DNA of 64,000 bases from an uncultured Verrucomicrobiota bacterium (GTDB lineage: Bacteria > Verrucomicrobiota > Kiritimatiellia > RZYC01 > CAZAYP01): the NCBI GenBank assembly GCA_964489425.1, contig CAZAYP010000001.1:80171-144170 (forward strand), given 5' to 3'. Below the pieces are notes generated by a model that worked only from the letters and a program-made list of their open reading frames with translations, was not told the origin of the DNA and did no database searches. Shown piece after piece: positions 47,759 through 56,814 of this stretch. A program made the translations under genes and the position numbers. Each line of letters starts with the position of its first letter. Position 1 is the stretch's first letter.

Positions 47759-49296
47759 CCAAAATTCAACATGGCCTCGCAGCTCTTGAGCAGCCGCGCC
47801 TTCTTGATGCACTCTGAGTTACCCACGATCCGCACGGCCTGGGCCCCCGCCAGCTGCCCAAGGAACGTGGCCACGTTGATGGGCAGGCCGCTGGCCGCGG
47901 CCAGGGACGCCACGGACGTGAACGCATCGCCGGCGCCAATCGTGTCCACCACCTGGACCTCCAGCGGCGGACACTTGCTCACCGCATCCTGGCACAGGCC
48001 GATGGTTTCGATGTTGCCGCGCGTCAACCAGCAGTAGCGCGCCTTGAAAAACTGCTGCAGCTGGCGCAGTTCGCCTTCGAATTCAAGCTGCCGGCGGCCG
48101 GACGCCAGGCAGATTTCATTTTCGTCCAAAGAAAACGAATCGGTGCGCGTGTAGCGGCGGTTGATCAGGTTAAACCCGAAATTGTTGCTGTTGGTCTGGC
48201 AGTTCAAGGCCATGAACCGGGCGCGCTCCTGCACCATCTGGCGCACGGGCTCGGACATCAGACCATGGCCGAAGTCCATGACCATGACCACATCGAATTG
48301 ATCAATGCAGTCGGCCAGGCGCCGGCCCACTTGCGCCTGCACCGCGGGGCCCGGGACCTGGCCGTTCAGGTAGTTGACCGAAAACAGCTTCCACAGTTCC
48401 TTGCCCTCTTGCATGGGCTCCACAAACCGCTGCTTCACGATCGTGACAAACTCCGGGATCCGCAGGATCAGGTCCTCGTCCGGATGCACGTACTTGGCCA
48501 ACTCGCCTTCCACCCAGGGCTCAACGCCGACCAGGCTGAGGATCTTGACGTTGGGCGTGAACTCCTTGACGTGGCGGAACACGGCCAGCGCGCCGCCCGC
48601 CTGCCAGTCATCGTTGAGAAACCGCCCGGAAATCATGCGGTTCTTCGAGGTCAACCCCTGGACCTTGACCGTGGAATACCGATCAAAAATAATTTCGCCA
48701 ATCACCAGCACCTTCAGCTGGCTGAACCGGTCCACGCAGTCGCGCAACTGCGAGGCGGTGGTTTCCCGGGCCAGCTGGCGGCAGAACGTCTTGACCTCCG
48801 GCGGGTACACCTCGAAGTGCTCGTTCAGCAAGCGGGTGGAGCTGAACACCACGGACCCCACGTAGCACACCTTGCCACCCAGGCGCTCCACGGTCTGGAC
48901 ATCGTCCTGGATGTTGCCAGTGACGTCCACCGCGGGGTTCTCGTACTCGCGGCCTTTGCAGTACACGTCCGGCCGCACGCACTCGATCGCCTCGACCGCG
49001 GCCGGGTACGGGATCACGACCACGTAGTCCACGTAACCGATCGCCGCCAGGGCCTTGACCCGCAAGGCGTCGTTGAAGTACGGGCGGCCCGGGCCCTTGT
49101 TGACGTGCTTCTCGCCGGTGATGGTCACCACCAGCACATCGCCCAGCTTGTGCGCCTCCTCGAAGTGAATGACGTGGCCGGGATGGACCAGGTCGAAGGT
49201 CCCATGGCATTGAACGAGGGTCTTGCCTTCGGCGCGCAGCCGGCGGAACAGCTCCGGCGCGGCGGCAAACGGGATGATTTTGTCAGCCAGGTCCAT
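47755..49296 (-). CDS. Bifunctional cytidylyltransferase-like + PfkB kinase (HldE-like, reversed domain order)
   Basis: N-terminal HGTFDLVHPGH (HxGH), KGPGRP, KGREY. C-terminal VIGE.I.DRY, DFGHG, DTIGAGDAF. Confidence 0.88.
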   Translation of the reverse strand: MDLADKIIPFAAAPELFRRLRAEGKTLVQCHGTFDLVHPGHVIHFEEAHKLGDVLVVTITGEKHVNKGPGRPYFNDALRVKALAAIGYVDYVVVIPYPAAVEAIECVRPDVYCKGREYENPAVDVTGNIQDDVQTVERLGGKVCYVGSVVFSSTRLLNEHFEVYPPEVKTFCRQLARETTASQLRDCVDRFSQLKVLVIGEIIFDRYSTVKVQGLTSKNRMISGRFLNDDWQAGGALAVFRHVKEFTPNVKILSLVGVEPWVEGELAKYVHPDEDLILRIPEFVTIVKQRFVEPMQEGKELWKLFSVNYLNGQVPGPAVQAQVGRRLADCIDQFDVVMVMDFGHGLMSEPVRQMVQERARFMALNCQTNSNNFGFNLINRRYTRTDSFSLDENEICLASGRRQLEFEGELRQLQQFFKARYCWLTRGNIETIGLCQDAVSKCPPLEVQVVDTIGAGDAFTSVASLAAASGLPINVATFLGQLAGAQAVRIVGNSECIKKARLLKSCEAMLNFG

Positions 49297-49306
49297 GATG
49301 TCCCCC

Positions 49307-49903
49307 CTAGGACGGTTTGAGCTCGACCAGGTCCATCCACCGGTGAAGGATGGCCGCGTGGCAGGTTTCGGCGTGTCCGTAGCTCATGGCGGGCACGTAG
49401 AAGTTAAGCCGGCCGAGCCGGCGCAGCGGGTTGGCTTCGGCCATGGCGGACAGCGTGATCACGGCCAGGCCGTGACCGCGCGCCCAGCGCGCGGCATGCA
49501 GGATGTTGGGCGATTTTCCCGAGCTGCTGATCGCCACCAGCATGTCGCCGCGGCGGGCGCGGCGGCGCAGCGGCTCGGTGAACACCACTTCGTAACCCAG
49601 GTCGTTGGAAATGGCCGTGATCAGGGACAGGTCGGAGAACACCTCGGTGTGCACATGGGCGTTCTTGGCGAGGTCGGCGGCATAGTGGCTGGCCATGGAG
49701 GCGCTCGCGCCGTTACCGATCAGGTACAAGGTGCCGCGCCGCCGGCGCAGGGCCAGGGTCCATGCCTGCCAAAGCGCAAACCCCGCGTCCACGGCCAACG
49801 CGCGGCCACGGCCATCGCGCACCGACACGGCCGCCAGGACCGCGCCCAACCGGGCCAGCTCCAGCTGCCAGGACCCCGTGATTTCACGGCCGGCGCGCGT
49901 CAT
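49307..49903 (-). CDS. SIS-domain phosphosugar isomerase (GmhA-like)
   Basis: IGNGASASMASH, TAISNDLGY, AISSSGKSPNI, ETCH..ILH. Confidence 0.88.
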   Translation of the reverse strand: MTRAGREITGSWQLELARLGAVLAAVSVRDGRGRALAVDAGFALWQAWTLALRRRRGTLYLIGNGASASMASHYAADLAKNAHVHTEVFSDLSLITAISNDLGYEVVFTEPLRRRARRGDMLVAISSSGKSPNILHAARWARGHGLAVITLSAMAEANPLRRLGRLNFYVPAMSYGHAETCHAAILHRWMDLVELKPS

Positions 49904-50466
49904 GGCTGCAGGATCCCCTGGATGACTTTCTGCCACATCCATTGCAAACGCTCGCGGAACAGGTTGAAACGCTGGATCCGTCCGGCCACGAAAGCCCACT
50001 CTTCCCCGGCGGCCGCGCCGGCCGGCTGGCCCTGCAGCAGCGTGTCCAGGTCGCGCACCAGGGCGTCGGCGCTCTCGAGGCGCTGGGCAATGATGTCGCC
50101 CAGGGCGCGGCGCGCGCTCTGGCCCCACTCCTGGTTGGCCTCGTAGTAGTCCTTGCGGTCGCCCTTGACCCACACGCGGCGCAGCGCGCCCCACTGCTCG
50201 AGCTGGCGCACGGCCATGCTGGCGCTGCCCTTGCTGATGCCCAGGCGCCGGGTCAGATCATCCAGGGTCTGGGCCACGGGGCTGAGATACACATGGGCGA
50301 AGATCTGGCCCAGCACCCGCCCCACGCCCAGGGCCTGGGACGCGTTGCCGGCCAGGGTGATGAACCGCTCGCGGACTTCCTGCAGGGCCGGGGCAGACTT
50401 CGTCCCGGTCGCGTCCCGCGGCGGCTGGTCCGCCGGCCGGGAAGCGCGGGCTTTAGCAGCGGGCAT
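49900..50466 (-). CDS. GbsR/MarR family transcriptional regulator
   Basis: GQIFAHVYLS, TLDDL...LGISKGSASMAVRQL..WG.L, GDRKDYYEA. ATG 50466 preferred over TTG 50484. Confidence 0.85.
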   Translation of the reverse strand: MPAAKARASRPADQPPRDATGTKSAPALQEVRERFITLAGNASQALGVGRVLGQIFAHVYLSPVAQTLDDLTRRLGISKGSASMAVRQLEQWGALRRVWVKGDRKDYYEANQEWGQSARRALGDIIAQRLESADALVRDLDTLLQGQPAGAAAGEEWAFVAGRIQRFNLFRERLQWMWQKVIQGILQP

Positions 50467-50479
50467 CTTACGTCCAGCG

Positions 50480-50521
50480 TTCAATAGGTTTTGAATTTAT
50501 CATACGCCGCTTGGCGGACAA
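50480..50521 (-). promoter_or_regulatory. Candidate promoter overlapped by palindromic operator TTCAA-N6-TTGAA
   Basis: Minus strand TTGTCC-16 bp-TAAATT with TG extension. Palindrome TTCAATAGGTTTTGAA at 50480-50495. Confidence 0.55.
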
Positions 50522-50545
50522 GCGATTTTTCCCGGTTTTTCCCGG

Positions 50546-52474
50546 TTACGGCGCTCCCGGCCGCGGCTCCAGAAGCTGGAGGTTGAGCTGCACGGCCTCA
50601 CGGCCGGGATCCAGAGCGGCGGCCCGCGCAAACACCGCGCGCGCGGCCGGGAGATCGCCCGTCAGCCGCAGGCGCAACCCCAGTTGCGTCAGCAGCAGCA
50701 CGTCGGTCGGCGCCAGGTCCACGGCGGCGCGCAGGGCCTGCAACGCGCCGGCGTCGTCGCCTTGCGCGGCGTAGGCGCGGCTCTGGCCAAGGTAGATCTC
50801 CGTGTCGAGGGGATTGCGCGCCAGGGCCTGCGCGTACCAGGCCAGGGCGTCGCCGGCCGCGGCGCTCCGGGCGGCCGGCCGCACCTGCCAGGCGGCGCGG
50901 GTCTTGTAGACATGCCCCAGTTGCAAGCAGGGCTGCCAGTTGCCCGGATCCAGGCGCCGCGCCCAGTGCAGGCTGGACAGCGCGCGCGCGTCCTGCTGCA
51001 TCATGCGGTGCACCTCGCCCACCTTGAGCAGCGCATCCGCCGCACCCACCCGCAACGCCATCCACGCCCAGAGCGCGGCCAGCGCCAGGCCGCTCCCGAA
51101 CACCACCGCCCACCCCGGCCGGGGCAGCGGGCGGGCGCGCAACAGGCCGTTTTCGTGCAGCGCCGCGAACGTAACGCCGGCCAGCAGGGCGAAGGCGTCC
51201 ATGTTCGCCAGCACGTGGAAGTTGAAGTCGAAGACCGCGTGCGCCAGGTTCGCCAGGCCGCCGCCCACCAGGCCGGCGATCAGCAACGGATCCCGTTCGC
51301 GGTCCGAGCGGTGGAACGCCAGCAGCAGGCGCACCAGCCAGTAGATGGCCAGCAGGGCGAAGATCGCCAACCCGGCCACGCCGTACTCCGCGAGGATCTG
51401 CAGGTACTCGTTGTGGGCGTAATTCACCCACAGCTGGAAGTCGGTGGACTTGTACTGGAAAAAGGTCCAGCGGTACGTGCCCGGGCCATGCCCGAGCAGC
51501 GGCCGCGCGGCGACGACCTTGAGCGTGTCCGGCCAGATGCGCTGGCGGATGTCGCCGGCGCGCGCCTGGTCCACGCGGGTCTTGACCATGGGCGAAGCCA
51601 CGTACAGCCCCACGGCCAGGGCCACGACCCCGAGCGGCAGCACCACCAGCGCGCACCAGAACAGGCGCCGGCTGCGCTTCCAGGCGATCATCCAGCAGGT
51701 CACGGTCACGCCCAGGGCCGTGCCGATCCAGCCGCTGCGGGATTGGGACAGGAAGATGTTGGGCAGGAACATGAGCAGCCCGTAGCCGGCCAGCAGCCGC
51801 AGCGGCCACCCGGCGGAGGGCATGAACAGCAGCGCCAGGGCCAGGCACACCAGCATCTCCAGCAGGTTGGCAAAATGGTTGGGGCACATGTACGTGCCGC
51901 TGGCCCGCAGGCCGTACTGCGCCGGACGGGGCAGGTTCAGCACCATGCGCGAGTGATGGAAGTGCTGGATCAAGGCATACCACGCCACCAGGGCGACCGC
52001 GAAGATCAGCACGGCGTACACGAACCGCCAGCGGCCATTGCGCGCGCCCAGGTCGGTCCAAATCCAGCAGGCTGCGGCCAGGCTGGTCAGCTTGAGCGCG
52101 TCCAGCCGGCTTTCCCAAGGCACCACCGACCACGACCCGGCCAGCCACGCGTAGCCGAGGCCGAGGGCGATCAGCGCGCTGCCCGGCGGCAGTTGGAGTC
52201 CGCGCAGGTCCGGGGCAATGAAGGGCCGGAGACAGAAAAGCAGCAGCGCCACGAACGTGCAGAACATCAGGCCGCCGGCGGACCACGGCCGCACGGCGCC
52301 GAACAGAACGAGCCCCGCCAGCAACGGACCGAGCAGCAAGCCCAGCACGGTGCGGTCATACACCAGCCGCCGCGTGGAAAACACCTCCTTGCGCCGCCGC
52401 CGGCGGGACGCGGGGAACTCCGGGGCCGGGATGATGGGCGGCGGTTCCGAGGCCGGGGCGCTGGTTTCAGGCAT
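50546..52474 (-). CDS. O-antigen ligase family protein with C-terminal TPRs
   Basis: GTYMCPNHFA, SQSRSGW, R..IW...G.GPGTY, AHNEYLQ..AEYG, FDFNFH, helical repeats. Confidence 0.85.
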   Translation of the reverse strand: MPETSAPASEPPPIIPAPEFPASRRRRRKEVFSTRRLVYDRTVLGLLLGPLLAGLVLFGAVRPWSAGGLMFCTFVALLLFCLRPFIAPDLRGLQLPPGSALIALGLGYAWLAGSWSVVPWESRLDALKLTSLAAACWIWTDLGARNGRWRFVYAVLIFAVALVAWYALIQHFHHSRMVLNLPRPAQYGLRASGTYMCPNHFANLLEMLVCLALALLFMPSAGWPLRLLAGYGLLMFLPNIFLSQSRSGWIGTALGVTVTCWMIAWKRSRRLFWCALVVLPLGVVALAVGLYVASPMVKTRVDQARAGDIRQRIWPDTLKVVAARPLLGHGPGTYRWTFFQYKSTDFQLWVNYAHNEYLQILAEYGVAGLAIFALLAIYWLVRLLLAFHRSDRERDPLLIAGLVGGGLANLAHAVFDFNFHVLANMDAFALLAGVTFAALHENGLLRARPLPRPGWAVVFGSGLALAALWAWMALRVGAADALLKVGEVHRMMQQDARALSSLHWARRLDPGNWQPCLQLGHVYKTRAAWQVRPAARSAAAGDALAWYAQALARNPLDTEIYLGQSRAYAAQGDDAGALQALRAAVDLAPTDVLLLTQLGLRLRLTGDLPAARAVFARAAALDPGREAVQLNLQLLEPRPGAP

Positions 52475-52555
52475 GGCAGTCCCCACGGGCCGGAGCGCGC
52501 CGCGCCGGACGGAAGACGGGAGCAAGCCTCATGCCGTGCGCCCTGCGATCATGGG

Positions 52556-53221
52556 TTAGAAAAAGCTGCGCGGCACAATGATGACATCCCCGGCCTTGAC
52601 TTCCTCGGCCTTCTCCGGGCGCCGCTCCATGTCCTTGACATCCACCTCGAGGGTGGTTTTATCCGCGCGGGTGATCTGGACGCTCCGGGGGTTGGCGTAC
52701 TCCGTGTACCCGCCCGCCGCCGCGACCGCCTGCACCACGGTGCACTTCCCGGCCAGCGGGAACCGGCCGGCCATGCGCACCTCGCCGCGCACAAAGTAGT
52801 ACTGGATCGGCACCATGACATTGACCGAAACATCCTTGTAGATCTTCTGCGCCACGTAGGTGCGGCGGATGACCCGCTCCAATTCCGCGGCCGTGCGCTC
52901 GGCCGCGCGCACGCGCCCGATGAACGGCATGGTGACGAAGCCGTCCTCGTCAATGACATCCTCCATCATGTCGCCGTTGGGGATGCCCCGCAAGGCGATC
53001 ACCACCGGGTCGCCCACCTGCAGCTTGTAGGCGTCCGGGTTCACGCCCTCGGCCACGGCGCCCGGCAGGCTGGCCTGGAGCGAGGGCACCCGGTAGGGCG
53101 ACGCCGCCGCGCCGGTGGCGCGCGACCCGGACCCGCGGCGCGGTCCGGCACACCCAGCCGCCGCGGCCGCCAACACCAGCACCGCCATCCCCCAGCGCCA
53201 CCCTGTCATACCCTTGTTCAT
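52556..53221 (-). CDS. wza: Polysaccharide export lipoprotein (Wza/Poly_export + SLBB)
   Basis: Lipobox-like AAGC, YKLQVGD, IDEDG..MPFIG, VRGEV..G, AAAGG.T. Confidence 0.88.
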   Translation of the reverse strand: MNKGMTGWRWGMAVLVLAAAAAGCAGPRRGSGSRATGAAASPYRVPSLQASLPGAVAEGVNPDAYKLQVGDPVVIALRGIPNGDMMEDVIDEDGFVTMPFIGRVRAAERTAAELERVIRRTYVAQKIYKDVSVNVMVPIQYYFVRGEVRMAGRFPLAGKCTVVQAVAAAGGYTEYANPRSVQITRADKTTLEVDVKDMERRPEKAEEVKAGDVIIVPRSFF

Positions 53222-53242
53222 GCCTTGCGCCTCTAGTCAGAA

Positions 53243-55366
53243 TTAATAGCTTTTCGCGGCGATTTTCACCGGGGCCGCCGGCTCGGCGGTCTGGTTTTCC
53301 TCGCTGTCGTAATACTGGTAATACGCGGAATGATAGTAATAGTAATAATCATCCCGCATGATGTTGATGTTGTTCAACACCACCCCGAGGATATTCCCGC
53401 CGGCATTCTTGATCAACTGCTTGGCGCGCGCGGAGATCATCCGGGGATATTTCCGGTACTGGATCACCAGCAGCACCCCGTCCACCTCGCTGGCCAGGAT
53501 CGAAGCATCGCTGACGCCGATCAGGGGGGGCGAATCAAAATACACGCAGTCGTACCGCTTCTTCAGCTCCGTGACCAGGTCGCGCATCTTGCGCGAATCC
53601 AGCAGCGCCACGGACCCGCGCGGCAGGCGGCCGCTGGGCAGGAAGTCCAGGTTGGGCACGGTGGTCGGCTTGATGGCCTCATCGAGCGGCACGTTGCGCA
53701 TCAGGACATTGGTCAGCCCGAACTTGTTGGACATGCCCAGGATCTTGTGCTGCACGGGCCGGCGCAGGTCCGAGTCCACGACCAGGGTTTTGTAGCCCTG
53801 CTGGGCGGTCACGTACGACAGGTTGAACAGCGTGGTGGACTTGCCCTCGCCGACGCCGCCGCTCACCGCGGCAAAGGCGCCTTTGGGCTGGTTGGCGTTG
53901 GCGAACTGCATGTTGGTCCGCAGCACGCGGTAGGACTCGGCATGCTTGCTGCCCACGCCCTCGTCGTTGAGCGGCTTGACCTTCTGCGGGATGATGCCCA
54001 GCACCGGGAGGCCCATGTAATTTTCCACATCGTCCACGGTCTTGACCGAGGTGTCCAGGTACTCGATGAAGTACGCCAGACCGACGCCCGCCAGGAGGCC
54101 GAGGATGATGCTGAGAATGATGTTCAGATACAGCTTGGGGCTGACCGGCCGCAGGGGGGCTTCGGCCGGGTCGACGATCTCCACCGGGGTGCGCGGCACT
54201 TCCAGGGTGATGCCTTCCTGGGCCACGCGCGCCTGCAGCGCCTCGAGGATATGGCGCTGCACCTCGAGTTCGCGCTCGGCCTTGGAAAACGGCAGGAAAC
54301 GATCGTGCTCGGACTCGATATCTTTTTTGCGCGCCAGCTCCAGCTCGGTTTCCAAGGCATTGTATTTTTCGCGCGCCACCTCGAAATCGGCGCGCAAGCC
54401 GCGCTTCAGCCCCACCAGCGAGTCGCGCAGCTGGGTCTGCAGCTCGTCCTGCGCCGCGCGCAGGCGCCGCACCTCGGGGTGGTTCTCGCCGTAATTTTCC
54501 AGCATCAGCTGGAGGGTGACGCGCGCGTCCATGAGCTGCTTGCGCACGCTCATGAGGTTCATGTCGTTCACCATGTAAGCCGACGCGCTCATCAGCTCGT
54601 CGCCCTCGAGATTTTCCAACTGCTCGAGGCGCGCCTTGCGCACCAGCATATCCACGCGCGCGGAGATCCGGTCGGCTTCGAGCTGCGACAGGCGCACCTT
54701 GTCGGCCTGGATGCCCTTGCCGATCATGGACACGCCCAGTTCCTGGCGCACGCTTTCCACCTTCTGCTCCGCCTCCTCCACCAGCGCCTGCTGTTTCTGC
54801 AGCTCGTTTTTCAGGGCGTCGATGGCGCGCTTGATCTCCTGGCGCTTGAGGTTCAGGCGCTGCTCCTTGTAGACCAGGGCGACCTCGTTGGCGATGCGCG
54901 CCGCCTCGAGGTTGTCCTTGCGGTACACCTTGACGGCGATCAGGCTGGTGTCGCGGTACTGCTCCACCTTGAGGCTGGCGGCGAGCTCGCGCAGCGCGAC
55001 TTCCCGCGCCAGCGGCTGGCCGTTCTCGTTAAACTCCGCGCCCCAGGTTTTCTGCAGGTCCAGGTTGCGGATCACTTGGTACAGGATGGGCTTGGACTGG
55101 ATGGTTTCGTACTCCGTGCGCAGGAAGAAGGGGTTGAACCCGGGGCTGATCTGGCGCTCGAAAACGTCAATGTCCAGCGCGTCCTGGCGGACCAGGATGC
55201 GGGTTTCGGCCATGAAAATGCGCGGCAGCAGGAACGTCACGCCGGTGCCGGTCAGCACGATCAGCAGCATCACGGCCAGGACGATTTCCTTGCGCGAGCG
55301 GATGACCTGCCAGTAATCGAGAAAATGTAGATTCTCTTCTTTTTTATCCTTCATCACCGACCCCAT
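53243..55366 (-). CDS. wzc: Polysaccharide co-polymerase / BY-kinase
   Basis: Two TM segments with a coiled coil. ESYRVLRTN, GEGKST, DSDLRRP, FDSPP, Tyr cluster DDYYYYYHSAYYQYY. Start may be 55354. Confidence 0.92.
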   Translation of the reverse strand: MGSVMKDKKEENLHFLDYWQVIRSRKEIVLAVMLLIVLTGTGVTFLLPRIFMAETRILVRQDALDIDVFERQISPGFNPFFLRTEYETIQSKPILYQVIRNLDLQKTWGAEFNENGQPLAREVALRELAASLKVEQYRDTSLIAVKVYRKDNLEAARIANEVALVYKEQRLNLKRQEIKRAIDALKNELQKQQALVEEAEQKVESVRQELGVSMIGKGIQADKVRLSQLEADRISARVDMLVRKARLEQLENLEGDELMSASAYMVNDMNLMSVRKQLMDARVTLQLMLENYGENHPEVRRLRAAQDELQTQLRDSLVGLKRGLRADFEVAREKYNALETELELARKKDIESEHDRFLPFSKAERELEVQRHILEALQARVAQEGITLEVPRTPVEIVDPAEAPLRPVSPKLYLNIILSIILGLLAGVGLAYFIEYLDTSVKTVDDVENYMGLPVLGIIPQKVKPLNDEGVGSKHAESYRVLRTNMQFANANQPKGAFAAVSGGVGEGKSTTLFNLSYVTAQQGYKTLVVDSDLRRPVQHKILGMSNKFGLTNVLMRNVPLDEAIKPTTVPNLDFLPSGRLPRGSVALLDSRKMRDLVTELKKRYDCVYFDSPPLIGVSDASILASEVDGVLLVIQYRKYPRMISARAKQLIKNAGGNILGVVLNNINIMRDDYYYYYHSAYYQYYDSEENQTAEPAAPVKIAAKSY

Positions 55367-55370
55367 AAAC

Positions 55371-55404
55371 GGCTAGTGAGGCGTTTTGAACCGCCTCACC
55401 AGCC
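55371..55404. other. Stem-loop immediately upstream of wzc
   Basis: GGCT-A-GTGAGGCG-(8 nt)-CGCCTCAC-C-AGCC. Confidence 0.5.
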
Positions 55405-55488
55405 TGTCCTTGAATCCTGAATGGGTGGAACGCCCGCGCGGCCGCGCAAGCGCCATACTGCTGATTAAAGCGCCGCCCCATCCTCCGT

Positions 55489-56784
55489 TTAGATGCTGAC
55501 CCGCCAGCCCGCGTAGTACCAGTTGCGGGTGAAATCTTCGCGCAGGTCCGACTTGACATTGGTCACGCGCCAGCCGCCTTCCAGCCAGTTGTTGCGGTTG
55601 AGCTGGTAGGTCAAGCCCACGCGGAACTGGCCCGTGTTTTCCTTGCTGTCCGCCACGCTGTCCACATAGGCCTTGGTCAGGGGGGTGTCCTCCTTGATCC
55701 GGCCCGTCTTGGGGTCGATCAGTTGCGGATTCTGCTTGACCATCTGTTCCTGCACCTTGGCCGGCAGATCGCCCACCGTGGCATTCTGGGGCAGGTCTTC
55801 GCCATTGTAATCGCCCTGGCCATACGAGCCGGCAATCGTCAGCATGACGCGCGGGGTGATGTCGTAGTTCAGGCCGACAAAGCCGCGGGCGCGCTTCTGG
55901 CCGGTGTACGGGTAGATGTCCGTCTCCAGCAACTCGTAGCTGCCGCCGAGCGAGATCCGCGTGGCGGGGGTGGGCAGGTAGGTCAGGCCCAGTTCCCCGG
56001 CCGGCGCGTTTTCGCTGCTCTTGAAGGCGTCCTGGGACTTGCGGTTCTCGTAGCCCAGGCGGAGGCTGCCCAGCAGGTTGGGGCTGAAGATCTGCTCCGC
56101 GCCCACGCCGATGTTGAGCATCTGGGAATCACGGTCCACCGGGCTCTTGCCGTAGGTGGTGCTCTGCCCGCCGGCGCCCACGGACAACTCGGTCTCCTGC
56201 ACCAACTGGTAGCGCGCGCGCAGGCCACCGGAGTAGATGTGATGGTCATTCTCATCCGCCGCGGCCTTCTCGTCGTACATCATGATTTCCCAGCCGGCGC
56301 TGAGATCGACAAACGTCTTGGGCGCCACGCCGAGGGCGAGGATGCCGTTCAGCGTATTGTAATTGAAATCCTTCTCGTCGCGCACCGCGGTGCCGCCTTC
56401 GATCACTTCCGGCGCCTCGGCGCGGCGGAACGTGTCTTTCAGCGTCAGGCTGACCCGCGGGGTGAAGTTGTGGTTGATCAGCAGGTCGATGTAGGCCTGG
56501 AGGTCCGTGCTGTCGCCGGGCCGGTTCTCCCACCACACCAGCGCGGGCCGGATGCGGATGCCGACAAACGTCTGCTGCATGTTGATGTCATACAGGAACT
56601 CCGGCTCCTCGATGATCTTGAGGCTGGCCTTCTTGTTGTTGTCCGTCTCCAGGTAATTGTCATCGTATTCCACCATGAGGCGGTTCAACAGCGTGAACGG
56701 CAACTGTTCCAGCGCCGTGGACATGCCCACCCAACCCAGCATCGCCAGCGCCGCAGCGCCCAAAACCCATTTGATACGTTTCAT
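55489..56784 (-). CDS. EPS-associated outer-membrane beta-barrel protein
   Basis: Signal peptide, EYDDN N-terminal motif, alternating beta-strands, terminal strand YAGWRVSI. Upstream of wzc. Confidence 0.78.
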   Translation of the reverse strand: MKRIKWVLGAAALAMLGWVGMSTALEQLPFTLLNRLMVEYDDNYLETDNNKKASLKIIEEPEFLYDINMQQTFVGIRIRPALVWWENRPGDSTDLQAYIDLLINHNFTPRVSLTLKDTFRRAEAPEVIEGGTAVRDEKDFNYNTLNGILALGVAPKTFVDLSAGWEIMMYDEKAAADENDHHIYSGGLRARYQLVQETELSVGAGGQSTTYGKSPVDRDSQMLNIGVGAEQIFSPNLLGSLRLGYENRKSQDAFKSSENAPAGELGLTYLPTPATRISLGGSYELLETDIYPYTGQKRARGFVGLNYDITPRVMLTIAGSYGQGDYNGEDLPQNATVGDLPAKVQEQMVKQNPQLIDPKTGRIKEDTPLTKAYVDSVADSKENTGQFRVGLTYQLNRNNWLEGGWRVTNVKSDLREDFTRNWYYAGWRVSI

Positions 56785-56814
56785 GATTTCTCCTGTTTGA
56801 CCGTGACCGCTTGT

